Below, piece by piece: positions 34,031 through 48,400 of a DNA stretch of 64,000 bases. Source of the DNA: Marsupella aquatica (Eukaryota; Plantae; Marchantiophyta); the NCBI GenBank assembly GCA_973895155.1, contig OZ316891.1:9921875-9985874 (forward strand), read 5' to 3'. The position numbers were made by a program, and so were the translations under genes. The first letter of the stretch is position 1. Each line of letters starts with the position of its first letter. The notes beneath the pieces are model-generated. The model worked only from the letters and a program-made list of their open reading frames with translations. It did not search any database and had not been told where the DNA came from.

Positions 34031-35522
34031 AGCCTGGTGGTTGGGTCTATCTGACTGGTGTCTTCATCAGAATTAAATGGAGATTTGATTGTGCAGGATG
34101 CTCAAGAGTGACTGCAGAAATAAAATTTCCTTGTCATGCTTTGATGGCAGCTATTCAGTAAAGTTGTTCTTCCTTTGTTTAATGAACAGGATGGTGTCAA
34201 AAAACAAACTGCTGCAGGTGATGGAAATAACGCCAATTGAGGAGAAAGCTGCAATTGTGAAAATTGTAAAAGTTTCACTCATCGCTTCGATCAATAGATC
34301 CATTTCTGGTCTCATACTGCGTTGCACAGAAAACCCGCCCATTATTACTGAAGGAAATGTTTAAGGGAACCAGAGACATGTACCCTTACGGAGCGGGGGA
34401 GCAGCAGGTCTGGCATCTCAATGCTGTCTAAAGAGTGGCATGTGAACAAAGGGTTGCAAATGAGTAATGAGAAGGTTCTCCGTCCATGACGATGATAGTA
34501 AATGACTTGTGAGCGCTGTACATTCTGCACGTATTGATTCAAAACTAGCCCCATTACCCGTTCCTTGAAAGTAAATAAATAATCTTGCATAACAAAAATT
34601 TATATGCTATTTCAGTTCATCTTTGCCCCATCCTTGTTTTTTGCCCACTCTCATTTCAGTTTTCTTTATTTGGAATCAATATCATTTTGTAAATCTTTAT
34701 TTAAAGTTTTTTTTTGTTGACATTTATGATCACTTTTGTCTCTAGTAGGGGTTAGGGTCTAGAGGCTTCACTCTAGACCCTAGGCCCTTAAGAGTAGACT
34801 TCCTTTGCGCTTTATAATAAGATGAGACAGGAAGAGTGGCCCCCTCTATGGACCATAATTTCTGCACTTTGTGAAAGAGGACGTAGAGTGGAGAACAACT
34901 TAAGGAGACATCAAACTATCAAAGGTTTTAAACAGTAGAATGACAGTTCATGTGATGGAGACACGGGAACCTAAATTCTTGTGCCTAGGAGAAAGGCACG
35001 GATCAGTCGCTTAATTGTGCCATATGAATTTCACCAAGCTCTTTGATATTACGTGATAATCCTATCGCTAAGTAAATCAAGTAGACTTTTGATGAAACTG
35101 GGATTCAATCTTTCAGCCAGAAAATCTTGATCATTGAAATAGGTTGGAAACTTTTCCCGTTGACACTCAAACTAAAAAAATGTAATGTCACTTCACCAGA
35201 CTCAAGCAAGCCTCTCAACAGGTGGACCACAAACAATGACTCGAAGCAGCATGAACATGGCACATGAAATATATTCAAAATGAGTGACAGAAAACGAATC
35301 TTTCAAGGCCACCCAATGTTGTCCATGCAAGTACCATCAATGCACCCTCAAAACAATGGTAAAATCTTCCCTGATTCGGCTCCCTGTACAAGGGCACTTC
35401 ACATTTCAGTAACGAAGCTAGTCCCTAAGCTGCACTACTTCTCGAGCCTCGATCCAACCCTCTCATACCCAATATGGTCCCAGAGATACGCTTTTCGTGC
35501 ATCCACGCAGAGGAGATCGCAT

Positions 35523-37387
35523 TTACTTTGGAGTGGAACATTTTTTCAAACAGGCGACTGGATCGTCACCAAGATCAAGAAAGGAAGGAAAATCCCATGG
35601 CATATCGATGGCTTTAAGAGGAACCAAGCCTGGCTCATCGAAGATTTTGACCACCTCCTCGAAGACTTTGACATTCCCCTCAGAGGATAGATGTATTCCA
35701 TCACTGCCAAGATCAATGATCCAACACTGTCATTGAGAAGTCATTCTAGAGAAACCCAATTGAAGGGGTAAGGATACGCTAACACTCTTTTGCTCTTCAC
35801 TGTTTTATTATAAGAACAGTCATTTCTTTGCTTAAGTTTCAACGATACCGAGTCAACCATGATGAAGCCCTGTAGTGAAAAATTCACGTATAGGGTCATC
35901 TCCCATCAGGTTGAAAGCATCGTCTATAACGTCGGCATGTAATGGGCGGATCCTAATTTTGAAAATCAAGCAGATTCTGTTTCCATTTGAATGTGAACAG
36001 TTAACTTGAAACGTAATGAAATATCTCACCAGAGGAGCTGCTCTTGCCAATTTGGCGTCTCCTGGAAAATCGACCACAGATTGATCACTGGCACGCCCGT
36101 CTCTTCTCCTACTTTGACACACTCATCTGCATACATTTTAGTTACTTCATTTCGTCGCTTTGGGATCCCACTGGAATCTCCGAAAACCTCCCTAGAGATT
36201 CAAAAGAGTTTCATTGTCAGTGTCGCCAAATTACTTTATCAGAAGAAATTTTAAACAGAATCACAAAATGGAAAGAAACAAAAGACAGAACATATTCAAA
36301 ACTTTAAAATCAAATCGAGCACATCAAAACAGTTTGAACCTCCGAAAGGCCCCTCACCGTGCATAGATTATGAGGGCTTTCTCGCAAATTGGTGGAGGTG
36401 TGATGAGAACAACATGCGTGCGGTCTGATAGATTCTGCAAACAGGGGAGACCATTTTTCAGTTCATCTCCAGAGACGACCCCAAGTTTTAGAGACTCTTC
36501 CCTTGACACATGTAGATGTTCTCGGCCATATTGGAAATCAGTAGAATCAGAACAGATCCATTCTTATACAAGAAATTCCATTTGCAACAGAAAGGAGATA
36601 ACTATGCAAGAAAAGAAAGCAATCAGTTTATCTGTCCCTAGCGAAGTCCCATCTAACCCACCAAGTATTCCTCCTAGAAACCAATTGATAAGCTGGAATT
36701 TAGAACCTTCAAGTGGGCTACAGTCTTATGGAGATTCTCCTTGTACTCTGGCAAGGGAACGTGTTGGTCGACTGTGCCTATAGGACCAACTGCTGCATCA
36801 TTTGCCCCAAAAAATACCGTCACCAGCAGTGGAGGATTCGAGGAGGGCTGAATGAGACACGTACAACAGAGAACCTCACTGTCAAGTCGTGATGAGAATC
36901 ATTGTCGTAAATTCATTAGTCTTAGTTAACTTATTCAACTTGAGATGATTGATCAAAGTAAGAGAAAAATGTTTACGGAAATAAGGATCCATACGAAATA
37001 ACTTTTAAACAACGAGCGCTGAGTGAAAACAGGGAATACAATTGGGAAGATCTTGTCGAGCATTGGAAGGATCCAGCGTGTGTTGTAGCCAGAGAAACCT
37101 CGAAGCACCACATCGGCCTGGATACGAGAAACGAACTCACTATCAGTATCATCGTGAGACTCTCAAGAGTGTTTTTTTTCAAGTGCACAGATTGTTCTTA
37201 CGAAATTTATCGTCAAAGAGACAGTAGCTCGGCCCAAACAATATGCTTGATAGGATACGATCTGGGTCATCACCGTTCGGGCATAATGATCTGCTAAGCC
37301 AGTTCCCCAGCCGCTCTTCTCCGCCTCGAAGGCAAATTGTGTTATGGAGTCACCAAACAGCACAATCTGCGGCCGTATTGTCCCCAT
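35523..37387 (-). CDS. SGNH/GDSL esterase, IAH1/CPRD49-like, 6 exons
   Basis: RPQIVLFGDSIT, ADVVLRGFSGYNTRW, VTVFFGANDA, QHVPLPEYKENL, VLITPPPI and DGIHLS; stop TAA at 35523-25. Confidence 0.94.
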
Positions 37388-38017
37388 TCTTCTGCGCTGT
37401 ATTGCTGTACTGTAGGTCGCCTTTCTATTCCCCTCAGTTCAACGCACAAGTATTCCAATCCACCACCCCAAGCAACTCTGGACAGAGTTCACCACTTCAG
37501 CACATTGCTGTTCCTCTGCTTTCCGGAGAAAAGATCGGCAGTGCCTGGACAGCAATTCCGACTTCCAGTGAGAATGCGGAGACGAAGATTGCTGTAATAA
37601 TTGTCGGCTTCGAAGGAGACTTTCTCGATTCAATTATCAATTCCTGTACGTCACGTTTGTCTTGCTACATTTGCAGCTGTGTGCGTTTCCATCGAAGGTT
37701 CAGTACAGTACAGAGCCAAAATAATTAAATCATCTGACTGTCAGAGTACGACGATTGCTGCATCGGTGAAACTTGAGCTCATTCGTGTCCCACACTGATG
37801 AATAACTCCCACAGACCACGTTTCCCACATTTCCAGTTGGAACATTGAAGCTCCCATATTTTTTAATTTTTCTTAATTTTGCTTTCACATTTAGAGCTCA
37901 GTAGACCAAAAACGAAAGCCAGGATGGTCCACCATGTTGGACACAGGCTCCCAGAATCAAATTTTAGTGGTCCATGGGAGTTTGGGGCCCATAATTTTAT
38001 GATTATGAGTACTTTTA

Positions 38018-38029
38018 GAGCATCTCCAA
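38018..38029 (+). mobile_element. Possible PIF/Harbinger (Tourist) MITE terminus
   Basis: TTA|GAGCATCTCCAA resembles a Tourist TIR with a TTA target; no partner TIR found. Confidence 0.3.
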
Positions 38030-39578
38030 CCCAACTGGGTTTTGTTAATGTAGCTGGGTGTTGACCAAAGACCAAACCCAAGAAAGAAAATCTACAAAGT
38101 CAGGTCCAACCCACTCCTTCACTGGAACACTATCTAGATTTCAGGAAGATGGTTTTTTGGTTACTGGATTGGATTCTGTGTCATTTTTTCCTTTTTGCCA
38201 GGGTGGCATAGGTCACCTTGTGCGACTGAAAACATGCTAAGCACATTTCTTATCTACTTTTCCTAGATTAATTTTTGACTGTTAAATATCCCTAGATTTA
38301 AGGAGGCCTGTTGGATTCTGGCTATTGGTCCGTGGCTAAATGGGAATCTGGCTAATTGAACACAACAAATCTGCAATTTTTGCCAAAAATGGTGAATGCT
38401 TTTCAATGAGGTGGAATTTGACAAATTTTTGCACCCCCCCCCCCGCGCCCAACCAAAACAAAAAAAAACAAAAAACAGGGTGCCTTATGTTTCATAACAA
38501 GACACGTGTATTTTTTTCATTTAATCTTTTGGGAGTGGTTTCATGGTGATTTGAATCACACTATTTACAATGGTAGATCTTTATCTCTTAATAGCCCTTT
38601 CAAGTAAATTGGTCCTTCAAAAGCATTTCAGTAAATGTCCTTAACAGGAGGTCTCAACCTTCAAAATTTGATTAACTTAACTTACTAATTAAGGTTATGG
38701 CCAGCAAAAAGAATAGATTATCAAATTCATGATTTATAATGCAGAAGATTGGTCGCATGCCATGACCCTAAGTAGTAGATTAGTAAATTCAGGATTCATG
38801 TATTTTTGCCATCAAGATTTGTCACATGCCATGACCCTAAGTCAATGTAGAGTCTAGTGAACAAAAATAAATCCATTACCTTGTGAGAAAGCTATGGCCA
38901 TTAGCCATCATTAACAATGAAGCTTTGAGACTCCCTATTATTCCGGAAAGGCGAGAAAGCACTTTTTCGTTCGAAAACTCATGAGGGATACACTAAATTT
39001 TAAATTCTTCACTCGACCCATTGCTTAAACTCTGCTAAAAGATGTCTCTGCTGTCTCTGCCTACATTCGGCAAGGAGCTTCTCTCATGCCCGACTTGGGT
39101 TGCCTGCCTTGAAATGCATGTTTGCGGCATTCACATTTGTGTAGTCGGGTGAACTGTTTGCCATATCGCCCCAACATCAGGCTTGGAAATTTTGTTGCCC
39201 ACATCATTCGTTGGTCGCTACTCTACTCCTCACACCCACTCCGTCACTTGAGTTTATGCAGCCGCTGCAGGAGGTGCTTTTGGGCTACAAATTGAACAAG
39301 TTCGTTTTCTACACGTACCAATTAGGGTCTTAGGTTTCTAGTCAGGATCGTACAGTGGTAGAGTAGAGAGGGCAAATTCCAAGCTTGCTTTGCAATTTCG
39401 CCTTTTAGATATGTTGTCGACGGTTCACCGTTCCTTCATTGGTCTCCTAGTTTCTTTTGTGGGGACGGAGAAGAGAAACTACATGAGTGAATTGCTAGCT
39501 AGCGCAAGAAGCTTTGTACAGGAGTAATTTTGATATCGTCTGAAACGCTTTGGACCTCTGACCGGTGGCGGAGGAGCA

Positions 39579-42500
39579 ATGTCTCGCAAGTATGGACGCA
39601 GCAGTGCATATGACGACGATGCTTACGATGGTTACGACGATAACTACTACGACTACGATGAAGAAGAAGAGGCAGCACCGGCCTTCTCTTCAGGTTTGTT
39701 TGTTTGCCTTCAAGCCACTTCTAAATTCCTGCTTTGTCTCCAGTCGAAATAACTGTGCATGTTTCTGGTGACGTAAACTGTGAGCTCGTGCGGAAAACTA
39801 TTGAGAACGACACACTTGTTAGGAGCTCAGTAGCTCATTCATCAGGGAATTTTGAGCTCATGCTGGTAAGAGTCGAGAACGAGGCACTAATTGTAAACTC
39901 TTTAAGTAATTGATGTAAATAATGAGCTCACTCTGGGCTCGGGAACTGTAATAACCTTTGTCAGGAACTCAAGTTGTCTTTGATGATTACGCCTGTGCCT
40001 TACCTTCTCTGTCTTTGCATCTCTCTCTGTGGGCATCCATGGATTTCAGAAAATGAATTCATTTAAATTCCTTCTCACCAACGATGTACCGATTGGTACC
40101 CTCTATTCTAGGTTCTTGGGCGCGACTTGAGCTTTAATATATTCAACCTTGTTTAGGGCATTTCCTTAAACCTTGTGGGTTTACACAAACAATCTCCCAC
40201 CTAATTGATAGACAATTTGACCGACTCGTCTTCAGTGCACAACTCTATTTCACTACAAGATGCCTCCCTCTATTGTTTCCCTATTGACATTGACACAAGC
40301 GCACGGATTCATAGCCGTCTGTCTCGATGAAATTGTCACTCTGCGCTGGTGAACAAATTTTTTTCGATGTTAAAGAAAGGGCTGGATTTGGACGCCCCAA
40401 GACGGATGCAACTGTTGTGTAATCTCGTGAGTGTAATGGGTATGGTCTACGCAGCGAACTGCTGTCGAATGACCGAATTAGCTTCGAATCTTTAGTTAAT
40501 TAGTGATGTGAAAGGGGGGTGGTCAGGAGGTTTGTGAAATAAATTCATGGATTTGTCGGGCCTGCAGTTTCAAATTCGGCCCGAGCACAAGAAGCCTCAG
40601 AGCTCGGCAAGGCTCTCTTCTCCCCACTGCCCGCCTGGAAGCTGAAAAGGACAACGGTGAGATCTCCTACCGGGGAACTTGATAAATCCCTGATGGGAGA
40701 GAGCAATCTATTTGTAGACACAACTCGACAGCAGCCCACCTTGGTTTCTTCTACTTCTTCAGCACATCCCACTGGAGTAGGTCAGAGTCGAATTTCGAGT
40801 ATCCTGCATGAAATGTAGGGATGTTTCATGTTGTTGTTAGTGATAACAAGAGCATTGGCAGAAGCAAGCTCTGGAAATATGTAGTGCTTGCAAATCTTCT
40901 TCGCTTAATAGTAAACAGATTCTGGGCTTCATTGCATGTGAAACAGAACAGCACGTGTCTTGCAAAGTGGTAAACACTTTTACACCCTTTGAAATGGTTG
41001 TTGATACGTTATCGAACTGAACTCTATCTTGAGCTGTACGTATGTCCTCTGCTTCACTTCGGACATTCTGTAGGAGCTAAATGTAATGTTAGTGGTCTGT
41101 ATGCTATTAACAGTGCCGTTCAAGTTCGACACCCCATCGCCCGATGATAAAGTTCGGATATCCCAGTCCGGGACTAAGATGAGTTCTGGTAGGTCATATT
41201 GCATCGCTGAGCCTGATCGACGGGTTTCTTTCTTTTCGAATCCATCCATGCCATATTTTGGGGGTTGACTTGGTGACCGCTGTCGAAAGTTCAGTGTTTA
41301 AGTTGGGTTTATGATATTCAATAGATGGCCTTCGTTCCTGTAGGGCTTTGACACGAGTGGCTGGGATTCTGGATTCTGTTTTGTTGAACGGCTAGACAAA
41401 ATCTTTCCTGACTTGTAGCTTTCGTTCTTCTTCTTGTCTTTCACAGCTCGTGTGCCTTCGAAGCCAGCTGCGAAGCCAGTTGTGAAGCCAGTTGTGAAGC
41501 CAGTTGAGAAGCCAGTTGTGAGCAAGCCTCCAGTTCTTGCAAAGAACAGAGATGCAGCAGGCTCTGTAAACAGTCAGAAGCAGCAGAAGTCGAAATCCTC
41601 AGTACTGTCTTTGGGATCAAGCACCAGTACGAAGGATGAGCATTCGGAATACAAGCCAAATCACGGTCAAGGAGACGAGACAAGCCATCATGGAGCGGGA
41701 CAGGCAGAGGTCCAAGTTTTTGAGGGTGTAATGCACATGACTTTAGATGGTGGAAAGGGACGGGAGAAAAAGGCCGAACAGACCTCTTCTAATTCCCAGA
41801 AACAACTTGATCTTGAATCCTATGTGCCGGACTCCTGGATACTTGAAGAGATCAATGCAGAGAGAAAACCACTGCTTCACCTCATCGTCGTAAGTAATAG
41901 CCTCCTTGCTTGTCGTTTACGCTTTGGTGCAAGTCCAATCAAGTTTTGTCTTCATCAGTAAAACTCGCCTATGTCATCATTTATAAGTATGAGGGCAGAT
42001 TTCCGATCAAGTCATTTGGCTTGCGTTGCACTTTTGTAAATGTGCAGATAGGACATGTTGATGCAGGTAAATCAACACTCATGGGCCATATTCTTCATCT
42101 CTTAGGAAGGGTAACTCAAAAAGATATGCACAAGAACGAAAGAGAATCCAAGCAACAGGTATGCAGTAAAGCAGCTAAAGTATGTCCTGATGTACTTTCG
42201 CTTTGAAACAAGTTTCCGCTGTGATGATTGGGTGGGTAGTCTTCGTCGATCCGACCTTTTTGCATAAGGTCTTACGGTTTTCGAATCTGTTTAATCTGAA
42301 TCAATGTCCCTTACCTCTCCGCAACAACAGGGAAAAGGCTCCTTTGCATATGCGTGGGTGTTGGATGAAGGATCAGAGGAGAGAGCTAGAGGTGTAACAA
42401 TGACCATCGCTGTGGCCCATTTCGAAACTCCAAAACTTAGGGTTGTGCTACTCGATGCTCCAGGGCATAAAGATTTTGTTCCCAATATGATCTCAGGAGC

Positions 42501-44453
42501 CGCGCAAGCAGATGCTGCAGTTCTGGTTGTAGATGCTTCACTGGGAGCTTTTGAAGCAGGATTGTCCGGTGAAGGACAGAACAGTGGTCAGACTCGGGAA
42601 CATGCCCAACTTGCCCGCAGCTTGGGAGTTGAACAATTAGTTGTTGCTGTGAATAAAATGGATACTGTGGATTACTCTCAACAAAGATACACGTCCATAA
42701 AAGGATCCCTCCAACCCTTCTTAAAACAATGTGGCTTCAAGGAGTCTGCTGTACGCTGGATTCCTGTGAGTGCTAGTGATGGTCAAAACTTAAATGCACC
42801 TGCTTCTACAACTTCACTGACTTCCTGGTACAGTGCAATAAAGTTTGCTTCCAATCCTTTTACAATTGGTTAGACATGTACTAGAGGAAGTTGTAGGAAT
42901 ACAACATCTTGATACATAGAGCTTCAATAAGTATGTGAGGACTATTCTATTCCCTGTAGATGCTCAAGACTTGTCTGGTTGACCTGCGGTTCGTCGGTTG
43001 AGAGTCATGCCTGGATAAAAAGTAATCTCCTCTTTGACGTGTTTCTAAGCATTGTATCGTGTTTTTGTGTACTCTCTCCCTGCAGGTACACAGGTCCAAC
43101 CCTTCTGCAAGCTATTGATTCTTTTGAACAGCCATTGCGAAATACTTTGAAGCCTTTGAGGCTTGTCGTTGCAGAACTTGTAAAAAGTCGTAGTCTTGGT
43201 CAAGCCGCTGTTAGCGGCAAGCTGGAAAGTGGAGCCCTTCGGATTGGCAGCAAGGTCAGCTCTCGTGAAAGTTTGTACCGATGTTCTATGATATTTGAAA
43301 GTCACATAGGGCCTGTTTCCATTCTGACGGCTTGATTTGCTATCCCGGACTGCTTATTGTATTCGGTTACTTTATGATGTCTCGCCTATATTTGCAGACG
43401 AGCGCGAGATTTTAATCTCAATCGTAATTACAATAATTGCAGGTTTTGGTCATGCCAATCGGAGAGATTGCAACTGTAAAGTGTATAGAACAGGAGGGAA
43501 CACCCTTAAATGTGGCTTTGGCTGGAGACAGCATAGATGTTGGATTGATAGGCGTAGACCCTGCAGTGTTAGCGACAGGAGGGGTTTTATGTCATCCAGA
43601 GTATCCCGTACAAGTGGCAACCAAGCTAGAAGCAAGGGTGTTGATTTTGGGTATAAGTGTACCAATTCTTCGGGGAGGACAGGTTTGTGCTTCGTTGCAC
43701 CTTAATGACAATTACCTTATAAACTAGGAGTATAGAATAACGGTTATGCTTACTTTAATGTTATTGAGTTCGTGATCTTACCTTTCATCATCAGGCCAAA
43801 GCAAGAAATTTATTGCTCAGGATGAAGCCAAATCTTACTCACAGTTTTCACTTCCTCTGCAGGCTGTCCTACATGCTCACCATGCTAGAGAGTCGGTGCG
43901 AATAGCTGACCTTGTGGCAATCCTAGACTCCAAGACTGGATCTGTCACTAAGAAAAAGCCTCGATGTTTGATTGCCAATCAGAGTGCTTTGATTGAGGTA
44001 AGACGAAGCAACCCTGTCAAGCCTTTTGGATGTGCTTTGCTCCTGTAGGCAACCATGAATAGGGAACTCAATAAAAAGACCTGGTTTCGGTCGTGTTGTC
44101 GCAGTAAAGTCAAATTTCAGTAACTGCCAAATTTTCACGTCCTTATGAAGCAATCGCTTCTTGTAGTAGCCATCCAAGCTGATGGATGAAAGTCAGCATA
44201 CTAGGAGGGAAACAGACTTAGATTTGCCACCTACGTACGAAAGTAAATTATCTTCTAATTTTCTTACTATTCCCCACCCTTATCTCAACTTCATCTGAAT
44301 TTCATCTGAATCATGAGTGTGCAGGTTGTTCCAGAGAGGAGTCTTTGTTTGGAGGAGTATTCTCGGTTTAAAGCTCTTGGTAGGATTGCTCTGCGAGATG
44401 GAGGGAAAACCCTCGCAGTGGGCATTGTTACCCGTATACTCTCCCACCAATAA
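39579..44453 (+). CDS. HBS1: HBS1/SKI7 translational GTPase
   Basis: MSRKYG...[12 protein letters not shown]-terminus, [70 protein letters not shown] and [18 protein letters not shown]; stop at 44451-53. Confidence 0.96.
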
Positions 44454-45494
44454 CGATTACTGTAGATGCGTTGATAGGCACCAAAACACATTACTCGAAG
44501 GCTGGTTGTCTCGAGATTTTTTGTACAAGATCTCTAAAGGACGTTCTGACGAGAAATGTCACTGTTTGGTCAGGTACAACCTACCAATCCTCAAACTTGT
44601 TAATGACCGTAGTGAACGGACAGCTACCATTGACAATATAGTCATTTCAACGGACCAAGCCAAGGAGTTGAACCCCCGTCAAATTGAATACTAAATTATA
44701 TATTAAATAGGGGCACGTCAATTTCACCTGACGTTACACTATTGCACTCCAAAACACAAAATTTGCCCCAGAACACTGAACTGTTTTACAATTTGAATGC
44801 TTATGGCTCTCTTGCATCACTGCCTCTGTTGAGGGGTGATTATTATAATTGTTGGGTGGATTGAACATTCCACTTGTTATTAAGTTAGGTTAGTCTCTAA
44901 GGTCTCAAAATGATAGGCACCACGTTCAACCTGCATTCAGGCTTTGTTCGCATCCATTGACCACTGATTTCTCAGTGCAATCGTGAAGGAATGAAATACT
45001 TGTGGCCAATTCACTTGGCGAGTTCATCCCAACTTTGGATCCTGTTATGTAACTTGCCTCGTTTGACCACAACGTGAGTCATCTCTGGACAACACTCATT
45101 GAATAAAACCTTCATTTGGATCAGAGCTGACTGAAAATGTGTACATGATCATGTATCGACAGGCTGTCAAAGCTAGACCAGTGTTAATTGAAATCCTCCC
45201 CGTCAATGATATCAGCAATTTCAGTGAGTGGAAAATCTCACAAATTTTAGATTTCGAGATGAGACTCATTAATCACTAGACTACAGGACTGTGTCCTCCT
45301 GAACCACAACTCTTCATCATTCAGCGCAGAAAAATGACTGGCTGTCCAGTAATGACTGCCACAACCTCATGGGACCGGAATATAAGCTACATGAACGAAT
45401 TTTACAACTACCTTCTTCGATATTATAACAGATGCAGAATGTAGCAAAGACCCTATCAAAGTGCTGCTGTAAGAGGTTCCTATGGGCTCTACTT

Positions 45495-48400
45495 TCAAAT
45501 CATGGCATACCCGTTCATGACCGTTTGGGTCGGACTGCCTACAGTTTCTTCGTTGTACAAACTTTTATTGAAGACTAAAAACCGAGATAGTTCTCCTTCC
45601 TTGAATCCCAGTCCAGGAACAAACCTCCGTGTTCTATTTGTGATTACCCTGCCAAAACATGCATTCATTTAGCACAACAGTACAATGGTCTTCAAAACGA
45701 AGGACAGTCAGATACAGATCGAACAATACTTACAGCTCCTTCCGGGCTCGTGTGACACCCACGTAAAACAAGCGTCGCTCCTCTTCTAGGTCAGAATTGA
45801 TGAGCGGGAGAGTTCCGTCTTCTGCTCCAGTAATAAATACATAATCAAACTCCAGTCCTTTCGAACCATGGAGAGTACTAAGTTTCACTACATTCGTCTT
45901 TTTCCCATCCTGCCAAAAATCCAATTTTAGCTTTGAATCCATTTCGCAGCATCAGAACCTATGCTCCGCTAGTAGCTACCAAAACCCTCAGTCACCAATT
46001 ATTTTCCGAAGTGGCTTAGTCTAACATGACGACAGATAAGTCACCTTGTTGTTCGACCGTTAAGCAGGAAACTCCGACTAATCCGAAGATAGCGACTAGT
46101 CTTACGATAGCAAAACACAGCACTATACCTATATTTCAAAACAAGGGAAATGATCGGGAGGCACGATACAAAGGCCGCGCCCTGCTCTACCGAGTGATGA
46201 CCTTCAAAGGGAAGACTCCATCGTTCCTTCTTACCCCGTTATTTGAGGTGGCACTGAGGGCAACTGCCTCCAGAAACTGGCAAAGAGCAGACCTCCCATA
46301 GCCATGTTCGTTATCCATCGATGCTGCTGACTCCTGGCAATCAAAATCAGCACGACACGGCTCAAAATCCAACTCTTTCAGGTAGAAGCTTGAGCTGTAA
46401 CCGATCCTTTTAGGCGAGACCCCTCATTTGGTCCTCTCTGAAAGAAACCTCAAGGCGGACAAGTGTTGAGAATGTGTACCTGAAAAAGCTGCAAGTGAGC
46501 AGCAGACTCTCCATCGTTTCCATCCGATTTCTTGTAATACTCCAAAATTTGTGTCCTGCACACTTACAACCTCAGTACTAACTTTTCACACGGGAAAAGG
46601 GAGTGGCATTCAAACGAATTGTTTATTTCCAACGTTGCCACAACTGGCAAGCTAAGCATTAAAGATAAGCCTCACAGCAGCAGCAGATGATATGGTGGGA
46701 GCAATGAATCAGTGGTTGCTAACAAGGCTCCTCCATACCAAGAATTATACAGAACCTCCATGATAATCTCAGTCAACAAGTGCACAAAACCATCACCACG
46801 TCCTTATCATATCAAACTCCCTCAAAGGATGAAGAGATAAACACCTGTCAATAACTTCTTGGATAAGTCTGCTCACATAATCCGTCTCGCTTAGCCTCAC
46901 AAGATCTTCCTGGAGCTTGCAGAAGTCCACTATAGAATTTCTGCACCTCAATATGTATTTTCATTTTACTCGACAAGGAACAAAGACTTCATTTTACAAA
47001 AAAGCGGCAAACAAACAAAAATTAAAAAGATGCTCTGGGCTCTAAAGGCTCCCGGGACAAATCCACCTCACTTGCCTGGCTCTTAGTGTAATCCCCAGGT
47101 CTTTGTGACTGATTTCGTTCTTCGAAACTTTCTGCAAAGACATTTGGAGGCGTAAACACATTTAAGACACTTGAATAGTAAGTTCGGAGGCAGCGCAATA
47201 TCGTCACTTATAACATCCAACTATGCTTACTTGTTAAACTAAGCTGAAGCGCATGAGGTTCAGCATGTACCTATTCTAGTCAGAAGCTGAAGACACCAGA
47301 GGAGTCTGCTCGAATGGGTTAGACAGGTAAAGATTATCCGTGGCCTGCTTGAAAGAGGAACTAATCATCAAAGAAATAGGCGAAGGCGGAGAGAATTCTA
47401 CATGCTGAACCATTCAGATCGCGCAGACACTGTCCTGCTGCTAATTATACGGAACTCAAATCTCCAAACAAGTTTTCGAGTCCTGCGTGCGGCCTTTGCG
47501 TACCTGTAGTGCCTGGTAAAATGAGATTTTCTGGTCGGAAGCCCACTGCTCAACACTATTGAGAGTTTTCGGTCCCAGTCCTGCAAATAATTATTCGCTG
47601 TCAACATACTCGTGAAATCAATAGCTAACAGACTTTTAGCTTCATCTGTCACTGGGCCACAGCTCAGTCAGGACCCCTGCTTATTAACATAATTCCAATT
47701 CAAGCAACAAAGACTAGGATACGGTATCAACTTGCCCTGTGCTGATCGAAAGCTAGATTCAGAATCTAATGTCAGACTTACCACGGGGGGGTGTGTTAAT
47801 GATACGGTCCAAAGCCACTCTGTCCTCTGGATTCCAAATTAGTTGCAAGTACGCACGAAAATCTTTGATTTCCTGCACAATCAAACAGGATGTGAGAGAC
47901 ATAGTAGCACAGGGTTCCAAATCAAGCTTTGCAGTAGTTGATATTTTATTACATAACAATATCTACTTGGACTTCTTTACAGATAAAGGAAACAGCTCAT
48001 CAACGTCTGTGTCAGAGTACTTATCCTTGTTTCTACAATGCAAACCGGATGATGCCTTTGAGGCATCCGCTTCCAAAGTTAGATTACCCTATCGGTACCC
48101 CGCTAGTAAGCAACCGTGCTTGGCAAGTCAGACGGACAAATTGTGGACGCCACTGAAGGAGAGTGGTATCTATTATCAACTTTAATTCAAATCGTTTGCA
48201 GGCATTATGATATGGCAGCAGACCTTCAGAGAGAGTAAAGCAATCGATCCACTTATTGTGTAAGGAATCTGCTTTGCAAGACACCACTTCTCAAATGCTT
48301 CGCCCTGCAGGACCACAATAGGAAACGTCTTCAAATTAAATTGAGGAATGAGATACAATCACCCTTCAATTCCACAGACAATGTGTCTTGCTGATAAAAG

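Noticed and set aside
34089-34590. Short ORFs on both strands downstream of the esterase
   Set aside because: No recognisable motif or consistent exon structure.
41460-41520. 12-bp repeat aagccagttgtg
   Set aside because: Ordinary low-complexity coding linker (KPVV) within HBS1.
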